The notes under the pieces: model-generated | Told to the model about the DNA's origin: nothing | Seen by the model: only the letters and a program-made list of their open reading frames with translations | Databases searched by the model: none | Position numbers and translations under genes: made by a program | NCBI GenBank assembly: GCA_044372565.1 | Contig: JBILRP010000004.1 | Span: forward strand, 5,028 to 69,027 | Length of the DNA stretch: 64,000 nucleotides | Source of the DNA: Bacilli bacterium | GTDB taxonomy: Bacteria > Bacillota_I > Bacilli_A > RFN20 > CAG-826 | Direction of reading: 5' to 3' | Part shown: positions 9,867-18,212 of the stretch, in pieces | Layout of the letters: each line of letters opens with the position of its first letter | How positions within the stretch are numbered: the stretch's first letter is position 1

Positions 9867-10655
9867 TTAACTTTCAAAATGAGGTCTGTTTTCCATATAG
9901 TTGGCTAACGTTTGTTTAAACGTATCCAGGTAAACAGGCTCAAGTTGACCCCCATAAGTCAACGACAAACGACCAGACTCTTCAGAAACGACAATCGTCA
10001 CGGCATCCGTCACTTCAGAAATACCAATCGCTGCCCGATGGCGTGACCCTAACTTACCTAATACTGGTTTCGTGGTTGGTTGATAATACACGTTGGCTGC
10101 CAAAATAAAACTTCCGCGAATGATGACCGCGCCATCATGTAATCTAGTTCCAGGATAAAAAATAGTGGTTAACATTTCTGAAGTGATGGGAGAATTCAAG
10201 GTCACACCATTTTTCATGTAGTCATCTAACTTGGTTGTACGTTCCAAGGTAATGAGGGCGCCGATTTTATTTTTCGACATAAATGAAACGGCGTCATAAA
10301 TTAATTCGTAAATCATTTCTTTGTCATAGTTCACAATTCTTGTAGGATCTTCATTCTTACCAAATTGAAACATCTGATTGATTTTTGCTTTTAACTCCGT
10401 CGCGTTGACAACGACAAAAATATTGATCAAAATGACATACGTGGTAATGAGGATGATGGTTAAGATTGAAAGTTGCAAAAAGTAATAACTTAATAAAATA
10501 AATATTCCTAACAAGATGAAAGGGGCACTATACACTTTTCTTCTGACAAACAATAAAATATAAACACCAAAAAAAATCAAAGGTAAAGAAGCCAATCCAA
10601 ACCCTATCCACTCGGTGATGGTGAATGTCATTAACATGAATTGAAATTGATTCAT
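9867..10655 (-). CDS. cdaA: Diadenylate cyclase CdaA (membrane-anchored DAC domain)
   Basis: Three N-terminal TM helices plus DisA_N/DAC motifs DGAVIIRG, RHRAAIGISE and TIVVSEESG. Immediately upstream of glmM. Confidence 0.9.
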   Translation of the reverse strand: MNQFQFMLMTFTITEWIGFGLASLPLIFFGVYILLFVRRKVYSAPFILLGIFILLSYYFLQLSILTIILITTYVILINIFVVVNATELKAKINQMFQFGKNEDPTRIVNYDKEMIYELIYDAVSFMSKNKIGALITLERTTKLDDYMKNGVTLNSPITSEMLTTIFYPGTRLHDGAVIIRGSFILAANVYYQPTTKPVLGKLGSRHRAAIGISEVTDAVTIVVSEESGRLSLTYGGQLEPVYLDTFKQTLANYMENRPHFES

Positions 10656-10689
10656 CTACATAATTCTATCAAATTTTTATTACTTCAAA

Positions 10690-10712
10690 TAAAAAAACTG
10701 CGAAATCGCAGT
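10690..10712 (-). terminator. Intrinsic terminator after the tRNA-Thr/tRNA-Val pair
   Basis: actgcg-aaat-cgcagt hairpin followed on the minus strand by a T7 run. Confidence 0.6.
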
Positions 10713-10724
10713 TAATTTCATGTC

Positions 10725-10800
10725 TGGTGGATGCTGAGGGGATCGAACCCCCGACCTTCTGTACGTCAAACAGATGCTCTCCCAGCTGAGCTAAACATCC
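10725..10800 (-). tRNA. tRNA-Val (anticodon GAC)
   Basis: Hand-folded cloverleaf of the reverse complement GGATGTTTAGCTCAGCTGGGAGAGCATCTGTTTGACGTACAGAAGGTCGGGGGTTCGATCCCCTCAGCATCCACCA. Anticodon loop TTGACGT; encoded CCA. Confidence 0.8.
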
Positions 10801-10808
10801 AAATACGC

Positions 10809-10884
10809 TGGTGCCGACGATAGGAATCGAACCTACAACCTACTGATTACGATTCAGTTGCTCTGCCAATTGAGCTACGTCGGC
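10809..10884 (-). tRNA. tRNA-Thr (anticodon CGT)
   Basis: Reverse complement GCCGACGTAGCTCAATTGGCAGAGCAACTGAATCGTAATCAGT...GGTTCGATTCC...CGTCGGCACCA. Anticodon loop ATCGTAA. Confidence 0.85.
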
Positions 10885-10912
10885 GCGTGGATTCCTATGT
10901 GAGCGCTAAATA

Positions 10913-10941
10913 ATCATATACAACTTTTGATTTGATTTCAA
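10913..10941 (-). promoter_or_regulatory. Candidate sigma-A promoter for the tRNA-Thr/Val pair
   Basis: Minus strand reads TTGAAA-N17-TATGAT, about 25 nt upstream of the tRNA-Thr 5' end. Confidence 0.5.
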
Positions 10942-10958
10942 GTTTAAAACTTTATGGA

Positions 10959-10986
10959 TTGTCAATGTTTTCAAAAAGCGTATAAT
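10959..10986 (+). promoter_or_regulatory. Candidate sigma-A promoter for the MATE transporter gene
   Basis: TTGTCA-N16-TATAAT, 17 nt upstream of the ATG at 11004. Confidence 0.55.
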
Positions 10987-11003
10987 GGGTAAAGTTTAAA
11001 ACT

Positions 11004-12362
11004 ATGAAACTCCATCACCATCGGTTTTCAAGTATCTTTTGGCCCTTATTCATTGAGATTCTTTTCTCTGTTTTAGTTTCCATTTCTGACACCCTCATGT
11101 TGTATGCGGTTAGTCCGCAAGCCGTGGCTGCAGTTGGAACCTCAATTACTTACCTTAACTTTATCAATGTTGCGTTCATCATTTTATCGAATGGAACCCT
11201 TGCACTTTTTACTCAATATGCTGGGGCGAAGGAAGTTGAACTTACAAAAAAAGCTGCACTCATTACCATCAAAAGCAATTTATTCATTGCATTAGGAGTT
11301 ACCGGTCTCATTCTCACGTTTTATCCATTTTTGATGAATCTCATCATTGAGGATGCTTCCATTGCTAATCTTGCAATTCAATACGGTTTGATTGTTGGTA
11401 GTGCCTCTATCTTTATCGCAATCAATCCTATTCTTGCGAATTATATGAGGGCGTTAGGACATGATAAGTCTCCAATGATTGCTAATTTAACCGCAAATAT
11501 TGTAAATATCAGTCTTAATTATATTGCTATTTTTATTCTTGAACTCGGGGTATTCGGGGTTGCCTGGGCTACTTTTATCGCGCACTTTTTATCAACGGTC
11601 GTCTTAATCATTTTGGCCAATATTCATCTTCCTAAAGGGATAAGCGATTCTCTAGTATCTTCAAATATAATCTTAAAAGATTCAATTTATATCGGTTTAC
11701 CTTCTGCAATTGAAAGTTTTGTCTTTCTAGGTGCGATGTCAGTGATCATCACTGTTTTAAACATTCTTGATCCTTCCGGGATTGAAGCCTCCGCCCGAGT
11801 GACGGTGGAGCATATTTCTAGATTTGCCTTCATTCCAGCAGCCGCTCTTGCTCATGCAACTGCCATCAAAACTGGTTTTTATGTTGGTGGAAAAAGTTAT
11901 AAAAAGGCAGAAAATAGAATTATTAAAGCTGTTATGATGAGCGCCATCATAACCTTAATCCTTGGAGGTATCATTTTATTTTTTCCGAACCAAATCATCT
12001 CCATTTTTACGACCGCAGAAAATTTGAATGGCGAAGAACTTAATGAATTAATTCATGTGATTGAATCTATTCTTTGGATTAATCTGATTATCGAAGGAAT
12101 TCGTGCGGTGAATGTAATTATCGGTGAATCCCTAAAAGTGACTGGAGATGCTTGGTTTATTGGGAAAGTATCCTTAGTTTCACTTTCATTATTTGCAATC
12201 GGTGGAACTTTACTTTTTACCATTGTATTTTCATTAGATATTTTTGGAATCTTTATTGCATTAGCCATTGATGAAACATTTAAATGTGCCATGTTTTCAT
12301 ATCGTTTAATCACCAAGAAGTGGACATCTCATACGTTAGTGATTCCCATTAAAACTCATTGA
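11004..12362 (+). CDS. MATE family efflux transporter
   Basis: 452 aa, about 12 TM helices, two-fold internal MatE repeat pattern. Confidence 0.8.
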   Translation: MKLHHHRFSSIFWPLFIEILFSVLVSISDTLMLYAVSPQAVAAVGTSITYLNFINVAFIILSNGTLALFTQYAGAKEVELTKKAALITIKSNLFIALGVTGLILTFYPFLMNLIIEDASIANLAIQYGLIVGSASIFIAINPILANYMRALGHDKSPMIANLTANIVNISLNYIAIFILELGVFGVAWATFIAHFLSTVVLIILANIHLPKGISDSLVSSNIILKDSIYIGLPSAIESFVFLGAMSVIITVLNILDPSGIEASARVTVEHISRFAFIPAAALAHATAIKTGFYVGGKSYKKAENRIIKAVMMSAIITLILGGIILFFPNQIISIFTTAENLNGEELNELIHVIESILWINLIIEGIRAVNVIIGESLKVTGDAWFIGKVSLVSLSLFAIGGTLLFTIVFSLDIFGIFIALAIDETFKCAMFSYRLITKKWTSHTLVIPIKTH

Positions 12363-12378
12363 TTTGGTCATGAAGATT

Positions 12379-12456
12379 GGCGCGCCCGGCACGATTCGAA
12401 CGTGCGACCCCAACCTTCGGAGGGTTGTACTCTGATCCAGCTGAGCTACGGGCGCA
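12379..12456 (-). tRNA. tRNA-Arg (anticodon CCG)
   Basis: Reverse complement GCGCCCGTAGCTCAGCTGGATCAGAGTACAACCCTCCGAAGGTTGGGGTCGCACGTTCGAATCGTGCCGGGCGCGCCA. Anticodon loop CTCCGAA. Confidence 0.85.
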
Positions 12457-12464
12457 TTTCGAAT

Positions 12465-12550
12465 GGTGCCTCCGGTCGGACTCGAACCGACATGAGCTCA
12501 CGCTCGACAGATTTTGAGTCTATTGCGTCTACCAGTTCCACCACGGAGGC
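12465..12550 (-). tRNA. tRNA-Leu (anticodon CAA), long variable arm
   Basis: Reverse complement GCCTCCGTGGTGGAACTGGTAGACGCAATAGACTCAAAATCTGTCGAGCGTGAGCTCATGTCGGTTCGAGTCCGACCGGAGGCACCA. Confidence 0.85.
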
Positions 12551-12559
12551 ATCGAAGTA

Positions 12560-12588
12560 ATTATACCGAGTCTGGAGACTATACTCAA
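12560..12588 (-). promoter_or_regulatory. Candidate sigma-A promoter for the tRNA-Leu/Arg pair
   Basis: Minus strand reads TTGAGT-N17-TATAAT, ending 9 nt before the tRNA-Leu 5' end. Confidence 0.55.
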
Positions 12589-12628
12589 TCCTCTATATTA
12601 CTTATAATCAAAGGAGGAGATCCGCAAC

Positions 12629-12952
12629 ATGAACATGACCTTATTGAATGAAAAAGGCCGATATTGGTTTGAAAATGATCGCAAACAACTCATCGGAGAA
12701 ATTCGTTATCACTTGGATAACGACCATCGCTTCGTGGTCACCCATACCTATGTCGATCCAACTTATCGCGGACAAGGCATCGCGAATAAGCTCCTCGATC
12801 AAATCATTAACCAAGCCACCCAAGAAAAAAAATACATCTATCCGATTTGTTCTTTTGCAGTGAAAGTGTTACAACAGTCGCAATATCAACATCTATGGGA
12901 CCCGAAAGAAGGTAATCCAGCCGGTGGGTCTTGCACGTGGATTAAGCGATAA
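12629..12952 (+). CDS. Small GNAT-like N-acetyltransferase (YjdJ-type)
   Basis: 107 aa; acetyl-CoA-binding-like segment YRGQGIANKLLDQIINQA; strong SD aaaggagg upstream. Confidence 0.6.
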   Translation: MNMTLLNEKGRYWFENDRKQLIGEIRYHLDNDHRFVVTHTYVDPTYRGQGIANKLLDQIINQATQEKKYIYPICSFAVKVLQQSQYQHLWDPKEGNPAGGSCTWIKR

Positions 12953-12984
12953 AAAAACTCGGTGGTCAATCACCGAGTTTTTTC
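12951..12984. terminator. Bidirectional intrinsic terminator (GNAT gene / nqrF convergent)
   Basis: actcggtg-gtcaat-caccgagt hairpin flanked by A7 and T5 runs. Confidence 0.75.
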
Positions 12985-12994
12985 TTAGTTAGTT

Positions 12995-14077
12995 TTAAGC
13001 GAACTTATCGTAGTAGACATTCGCCTGTTTAATTTCGTGTTTATTCAAGACTTTGATACACGCATCAATCATCCCAGGTGAACCGCATAAATACGCTTCT
13101 GCTTCTTTTAAATCACCGGTCATTCGGTCGAGCACATCGGTGATGAGTCCGGTAGCACCTTCCCACTTATCTTCGGGTAAGGGGTTTGATAACGCAGGGA
13201 TGTATTCGAAGTTTGGATATTCTTTGGCGAGTTGCATCATTTCTTGGGTGTAGTATAAATCGCGAACGGCTTTCGCCCCAAAGAAATAACGAACCTTGCG
13301 GGTCATACCTTGTTCTTTTAAACGAGCAAGAATCGAGCGAATTGGAGCTTTGCCCGATCCACCAGCGATGCAAACGATGTCGCGCTTGGATTGTTCTTGT
13401 AAGAAGAACGTGCCATAAGGTCCGGTGATGGTGACCTTATCGTTTTTTTGTAACGCATTAAAGACATAAGAACTTGCGGCGCCTTTGGGGACATAACGAA
13501 CAATCATTTCAATGGAATTTTTGATGCTGGGATTCGAGGCAATCGAATAAGCACGAACCACGTCGATGCCTGGTACTTTTAATTGCGCGTATTGCCCTGG
13601 TTTAAAATCCATGACATTGGGAGAAATCAATTGAAAACGAATAAGTTTAATGTCATACGTTAGATCTTTAACTTCAGAAATAACGGTCTTATATTCTTTT
13701 GCAGATAGCATGCTTTCTGGGATTTGTACTTTCATGTTGCCTTTGACTTTAACTTGGCAAGATAAGCGAACACCTTTGGCAGCATCTTCTGGTTTGATAA
13801 ATGCTAATTCAGTGGGTTTGATGTCACCGCCACCTTCGGTGACGGTGCACTTGCAGAAACCACAAGTCGCTTTACCACCACACGCAGAAGGAACAAAGAT
13901 TTTTTGACTGGATAAAATATTGAGCAACGTCTCATCACTGGTCACAGGAATTTCTTTTTTTCCATTGACGAGGACAGAGCGAGCTGCATTGTTACCAAAG
14001 ACCATGTCAAAAGCAACAATCATGAGCGTCACCACAAGCAAGACACCTAATAAAATCAGTGGGGTTGTAAAATCCAT
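12995..14077 (-). CDS. nqrF: NqrF-like subunit: N-terminal TM helix, plant-type 2Fe-2S ferredoxin domain, FAD/NAD(H) reductase domain
   Basis: Cys cluster SACGGKATCGFCKC...RLSCQV; FAD motif RAYSIAS; NAD motif IAGGSGKAP; C-terminal CGSPGM. Confidence 0.85.
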   Translation of the reverse strand: MDFTTPLILLGVLLVVTLMIVAFDMVFGNNAARSVLVNGKKEIPVTSDETLLNILSSQKIFVPSACGGKATCGFCKCTVTEGGGDIKPTELAFIKPEDAAKGVRLSCQVKVKGNMKVQIPESMLSAKEYKTVISEVKDLTYDIKLIRFQLISPNVMDFKPGQYAQLKVPGIDVVRAYSIASNPSIKNSIEMIVRYVPKGAASSYVFNALQKNDKVTITGPYGTFFLQEQSKRDIVCIAGGSGKAPIRSILARLKEQGMTRKVRYFFGAKAVRDLYYTQEMMQLAKEYPNFEYIPALSNPLPEDKWEGATGLITDVLDRMTGDLKEAEAYLCGSPGMIDACIKVLNKHEIKQANVYYDKFA

Positions 14078-14087
14078 AAATTCTCCT

Positions 14088-14672
14088 TTAGGCTGTCACG
14101 TTAGCAATGCCGGTGAAACCGATGAATGCTAAAGCGATGATCCCTAATAAAATAAAGGCAATGCCTTTACCCATTAATCCTTTTGGTAAATCGGAACGAA
14201 TAAACATTTTTTCGCGAATGGCAGCTAACAAGATAATCGCAATCATCCAACCAAATCCACTACCAAAGCCATAGACCGCAGTTTCTGCAAAGGAGTAATC
14301 ACGGTTCACAAAGAATAACGAGACCGCAAGCACGATGCAGTTGACGGTGATCAATGGTAAGTAAATCCCAAATGAGCTATAAATGGCTGGTAAGTATTTT
14401 TCAATCAGAATTTCTAAGAATTGAACAGTGGTGGCAATCGTGATCATGAAGACGAGTAGTGACAAGTCTTCAGTGCCCGTGGTCTTTAAGAATTCATAGA
14501 CTGGCCAGTTAATGACTGCGGTTAACCCAGTCACCAAGACCACAGCAATACCCATGCCTGTGGCGTTCTTCACGTTGGTGGAAATCGCAATCAAAGGACA
14601 CATCCCTAAAATATAAACGAGGGCGATATTATGATTGAGGATAGAAGCAATAAACAATTCGATTAAGTTCAT
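14088..14672 (-). CDS. nqrE: NqrE/RnfA-family membrane subunit
   Basis: 194 aa, 6 TM; conserved membrane cysteines in LGMCPLIAIS and ITVNCIVLAV. Confidence 0.85.
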   Translation of the reverse strand: MNLIELFIASILNHNIALVYILGMCPLIAISTNVKNATGMGIAVVLVTGLTAVINWPVYEFLKTTGTEDLSLLVFMITIATTVQFLEILIEKYLPAIYSSFGIYLPLITVNCIVLAVSLFFVNRDYSFAETAVYGFGSGFGWMIAIILLAAIREKMFIRSDLPKGLMGKGIAFILLGIIALAFIGFTGIANVTA

Positions 14673-14689
14673 GTGATATCCCTTCCTTC

Positions 14690-15319
14690 CTATTTGCTTT
14701 CGTCAAATTGTTGACGATCGCGAATAAACCAAACAAACAAAGAAATGATAAAGAAGCCACCTGGCGCAAGGGCCATGATCGTCCATGGAACCCAATCTTC
14801 ACCCATCACTGGCATATTTAAGAACGTGCCAAAGGCGAGGACTTCACGAATCGTGGAAGCGGCGATGAGCACAATCATGTAACCCATGCCTGATGCAAAG
14901 GCATCCACCAAGGCATATCGTGCAGGATTCTTCACTGCATAAGCTTCCGCACGACCCATGACGATACAGTTGGTGATGATTAAACCTACGTATGCCCCTA
15001 ATTGATTGGCAAGAGCAGGGAAGTAAGCTTTTAAAAACATTTGGACGACAATCGTGAATGTAGAAATGATCACCATGTAGGTGACCATGCGAACTTGGGA
15101 TGGGATAAAGTTACGAATCAATGCGATAAAGGCAGACGATGCCATGGTCACGAAGGTAACCCCTAACCCCATCGCGATGGCATTTTCAACTTTATTGGTG
15201 ATGGCCAAGGATGAACAAATCCCTAACACCGCAATCGCAACTTGGTTTTCTAACCAAAAACCTTTTTTCAAGACATTAAAAGATTTGGTGTAATTAAGAC
15301 GAGCAAAAAATTTCTTCAT
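14690..15319 (-). CDS. nqrD: NqrD/RnfE-family membrane subunit
   Basis: LGICSSLAIT and IITNCIVMGR motifs. I prefer the ATG at 15319 (MKKFFARL, 2 nt after the nqrC stop) over the GTG at 15340 given in the ORF track. Confidence 0.8.
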   Translation of the reverse strand: MKKFFARLNYTKSFNVLKKGFWLENQVAIAVLGICSSLAITNKVENAIAMGLGVTFVTMASSAFIALIRNFIPSQVRMVTYMVIISTFTIVVQMFLKAYFPALANQLGAYVGLIITNCIVMGRAEAYAVKNPARYALVDAFASGMGYMIVLIAASTIREVLAFGTFLNMPVMGEDWVPWTIMALAPGGFFIISLFVWFIRDRQQFDESK

Positions 15320-15321
15320 GA

Positions 15322-15951
15322 TTAAGCTCTCGCTTCCCACACCAATCGGTGTGCTACATAAGCATTGTTTAAGATGATGTCAAATTGCGTGGAAGTTCTT
15401 GTGGCCCCGGTGATGGAGCGAACTTCATTGGTTGCTGCGGTCAAGACATCCAAATCTTTGATGATGTTGATGGCGTCATCGCCTAAGCCTATGGTCTTAC
15501 CTTCAAAGGTATCTAGGTAAGCACGGGTGGCAACAATCCCGCCCAGCCCTGGGGTTTCTTCTTGTTGGAGAACAGAAATACGAACAATTGTCGTGAAATC
15601 ATTTTCTAAAGAAAGCAATCCGATAATCGGACCCCAGACACCGCCACCAAAGGTTGGACCAAAACCGAACGTGATGGCACCACTTAATTTATCTTCATAG
15701 AAGGTGTAGGTGTAGTTGTCACCATCATATTCACCATCAACTGTGATCGTTTCCGTTGAGGTTTCAAACACATCGTGAATGTTGGTGAAATTAAATTCGA
15801 CGCCGTGAGCGGTTAGAACCTCTGACTTTAGTAATGCATCGGCATTGGCGTCAATCAAACTATTGGTGATGGCACCTGTGCCAAATAATAATCCACCTGA
15901 AACGGTGCCAAGAATGCCAACAAACACCATCATTCGAACATATTTATTCAC
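15322..15951 (-). CDS. nqrC: NqrC/RnfG-family FMN-binding subunit
   Basis: N-terminal TM, EETPGLGG, and the covalent-FMN threonine motif SITGATRTS. Confidence 0.85.
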   Translation of the reverse strand: MNKYVRMMVFVGILGTVSGGLLFGTGAITNSLIDANADALLKSEVLTAHGVEFNFTNIHDVFETSTETITVDGEYDGDNYTYTFYEDKLSGAITFGFGPTFGGGVWGPIIGLLSLENDFTTIVRISVLQQEETPGLGGIVATRAYLDTFEGKTIGLGDDAINIIKDLDVLTAATNEVRSITGATRTSTQFDIILNNAYVAHRLVWEARA

Positions 15952-15952
15952 G

Positions 15953-16894
15953 TTATTTAACCTCCGCGGTCATGATTTGTGCCAAAGGCTTACGGGCAAC
16001 CGCTGAATCAATTAATGGGGCAAGCACATTCATGATAATGGTTGAGAAGATAATGCCTTCTGGCCATGCGGCAAAGACGCGAATGAGTAAAGTAAAGAAG
16101 GCAAAGAGAAATCCGTAAATAAATTTACCAGCCGTGGTCACAGGTAAGGTTGGTTTATCCGTGATGATAAAGAAGGCGGCAAACATAACGGTGCCTACCA
16201 TCACCGCAATGAAAGGATCATAAAATCCTTCAATGCCAGCGACTTGACCTAAGAATCCTAAACCAAGGAATGAAACGAGGAATGCCAAGGGTGCTTTCCA
16301 ATCGATCACTCGAAGGGCCATTAAACCAATCCCAAATAGTACGATTAATCCCCGAGAGACTTCGCCAACCAAACCAGGCGCAGTGCCTAACAATAAATTC
16401 ATGAAGGGATAGGTTGCCAAGACATCCACACCACGAGACCAAGTGATCACAGGGTTGGATGCGCCAACTAAACCGGTGACAGGATTTAACCATTCGGTAT
16501 TTAAGTATTGTGGAAAGGAAATGGTTAAGAAGATAACGCCAACAACCGCTGGATTAAACACATACTTTGGATAACCACCAAACACCAATTTACCAAAGAA
16601 GGCACCAAAAGCAGCACCTACGGCAGCAATCCATAATGGGACGGTTGGAGGAAGAATCAGAATTAAAATCAAGGCATTGTATAACCAACCTTGATCAATT
16701 TGCTTACCACGAAAATAAGCAAAGATGATTTCAAAGATTAAATCAACAATGATGACAGTAAGCGCAAGAAACAAAATTTGAATCCCAAAAATAATCACGC
16801 CGGCGAGGACGAGTAACAACAATGAAAGATTTAACCATTTCATGTTGGTATCCATCGCTTTGAACTTCGTCACTTTCGGTTGGTTCATAAACAA
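15953..16894 (-). CDS. nqrB: NqrB/RnfD-family membrane subunit (short)
   Basis: Polytopic protein; FIITDKPTLPVTTAGK resembles the RnfD/NqrB TDPVT region. The ORF track starts at TTG 16918. SD AAAGGAG at ~16901-16907 favours TTG 16894 or ATG 16888. Confidence 0.75.
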   Translation of the reverse strand: MFMNQPKVTKFKAMDTNMKWLNLSLLLLVLAGVIIFGIQILFLALTVIIVDLIFEIIFAYFRGKQIDQGWLYNALILILILPPTVPLWIAAVGAAFGAFFGKLVFGGYPKYVFNPAVVGVIFLTISFPQYLNTEWLNPVTGLVGASNPVITWSRGVDVLATYPFMNLLLGTAPGLVGEVSRGLIVLFGIGLMALRVIDWKAPLAFLVSFLGLGFLGQVAGIEGFYDPFIAVMVGTVMFAAFFIITDKPTLPVTTAGKFIYGFLFAFFTLLIRVFAAWPEGIIFSTIIMNVLAPLIDSAVARKPLAQIMTAEVK

Positions 16895-16945
16895 TGTAAT
16901 CTCCTTTAGATTGAGCAAATATTTTTGCTCAAATGACCAAAAGGA

Positions 16946-16954
16946 ATTATATCA
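16946..16954 (-). promoter_or_regulatory. Extended -10 promoter candidate for the nqr operon
   Basis: Minus strand reads TGATATAAT (TGnTATAAT) preceded by a T-rich tract, between tRNA-Leu and nqrB. Confidence 0.45.
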
Positions 16955-16991
16955 CTCAAGAAAAAAAAATAAAGGTGTTTACTGTTGAATT

Positions 16992-17078
16992 TGGTGCAGT
17001 CGAGGAGAGTCGAACTCCTACACCGGTGAAGGTACTAGACCCTGAATCTAGCGCGTCTGCCAATTCCGCCACGACTGC
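16992..17078 (-). tRNA. tRNA-Leu (anticodon CAG), long variable arm
   Basis: Reverse complement GCAGTCGTGGCGGAATTGGCAGACGCGCTAGATTCAGGGTCTAGTACCTTCACCGGTGTAGGAGTTCGACTCTCCTCGACTGCACCA. Confidence 0.85.
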
Positions 17079-17164
17079 ACATGGGTATTTTACTATAAAA
17101 GCGGTTTCAATGATGGTTTTTTAATTATTCGTATCACCCATCGATAGAAACAAGTCTTGATGAT

Positions 17165-17623
17165 TTATGTCAGGTATTTGACAATCGATTGAACAAATTT
17201 TTCTAAATAGGTTTGGTCGACTTTATCAAAGCGGGCAAAAGTATAACTGTCAATATCGAGAACCCCAATCAGTTGGTTATTTTTCATCAGAGGAATCACA
17301 ATTTCACTGTTGCTACCTTCATCACAGGCAATATGACCTGGGAACTTATGAACATCAGGAACGATCACTGTTTTTTTGGTTCGTGCGGCAAGGCCACAAA
17401 CACCACGATCTAAGGTAATATCCACGCAAGCAACCTTGCCTTGAAAAGGACCTAAGTAAAGGGCGGTGCCATTGAATAAATAAAAACCAACCCACGACAC
17501 ATCACTCAAGGTTTGTTTGAGTAATGCAGAGAGATTGGCATACAAGGAAATTGGTAATTGCTTATCTGCAACTAATCCTTTTGTTGCTAACAAGACGGTT
17601 TCGTATTCTTGTTTTTTTTGCAT
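17165..17623 (-). CDS. GAF-domain protein, free methionine-(R)-sulfoxide reductase type (fRMsr/MsrC-like)
   Basis: 152-aa single GAF domain with the Cys-containing segments VACVDITLDRGVCG and GHIACD typical of fRMsr. Coupled to msrA by a TAATG overlap. Confidence 0.65.
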   Translation of the reverse strand: MQKKQEYETVLLATKGLVADKQLPISLYANLSALLKQTLSDVSWVGFYLFNGTALYLGPFQGKVACVDITLDRGVCGLAARTKKTVIVPDVHKFPGHIACDEGSNSEIVIPLMKNNQLIGVLDIDSYTFARFDKVDQTYLEKFVQSIVKYLT

Positions 17624-18120
17624 TATTTCATTTCCTCTTTACGTAAGACTCTAAAATCAACATGGCAATAACCATTGGGGTTTTTATCTAAATAATCTTG
17701 ATGATACGTTTCTGCATCATAAAAACCTCGAAGCGATTGAATTTCTAAAGCGATTCTTTTTTTATATTGCGGTTGTCTTGATAAGACAAATTTTTTGGCG
17801 GCCGCTTCGTCTTTTGGATCTTGGAAATAAACCCCACTTCGATATTGAACCCCTTCATCATGACCTTGCTTATTCACGGAGGTTGGATCAATGATTCTAA
17901 ACAGATGATCCATTAATGTTTCTAGGGTAATCACTTTTTCATCATACTTAACGAGCACTGCTTCGGCATGGGTTGCTTTTTCATTGCATACTTCTTCATA
18001 CGTTGGGTTGGCGTAATTACCATTCGCGTAGCCAACTTGGGTATCGCTGACCCCTTTTAATCGTTTGTAATAAGCTTCCACGCCCCAAAAGCAACCACCG
18101 GCTAAAATAATTTGTTTCAT
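17623..18120 (-). CDS. msrA: Peptide methionine-(S)-sulfoxide reductase
   Basis: Active site GGCFWGVEAYY. ATG at 18120 has SD AAAGGA 7 nt upstream. The ORF-track GTG at 18141 has no SD. Confidence 0.9.
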   Translation of the reverse strand: MKQIILAGGCFWGVEAYYKRLKGVSDTQVGYANGNYANPTYEEVCNEKATHAEAVLVKYDEKVITLETLMDHLFRIIDPTSVNKQGHDEGVQYRSGVYFQDPKDEAAAKKFVLSRQPQYKKRIALEIQSLRGFYDAETYHQDYLDKNPNGYCHVDFRVLRKEEMK

Positions 18121-18183
18121 AAGTTTATCCTTTATTGACACTCTTATTATAACGAAATTAAAGTAAGTTTATCTTTGGATGCT

Positions 18184-18192
18184 TGTTATAAT
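18184..18192 (+). promoter_or_regulatory. Extended -10 promoter candidate for the aldo/keto reductase gene
   Basis: TGTTATAAT (TGnTATAAT), followed by a leader with SD gaggag. Confidence 0.45.
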
Positions 18193-18212
18193 CTTCATGA
18201 GGAGACACAACC

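Noticed and set aside
16933-17124. 63-aa plus-strand ORF
   Set aside because: It overlaps tRNA-Leu(CAG) on the opposite strand and has no SD. The same reasoning applies to 20875..21126, which overlaps tRNA-Pro and the polC 3' end.
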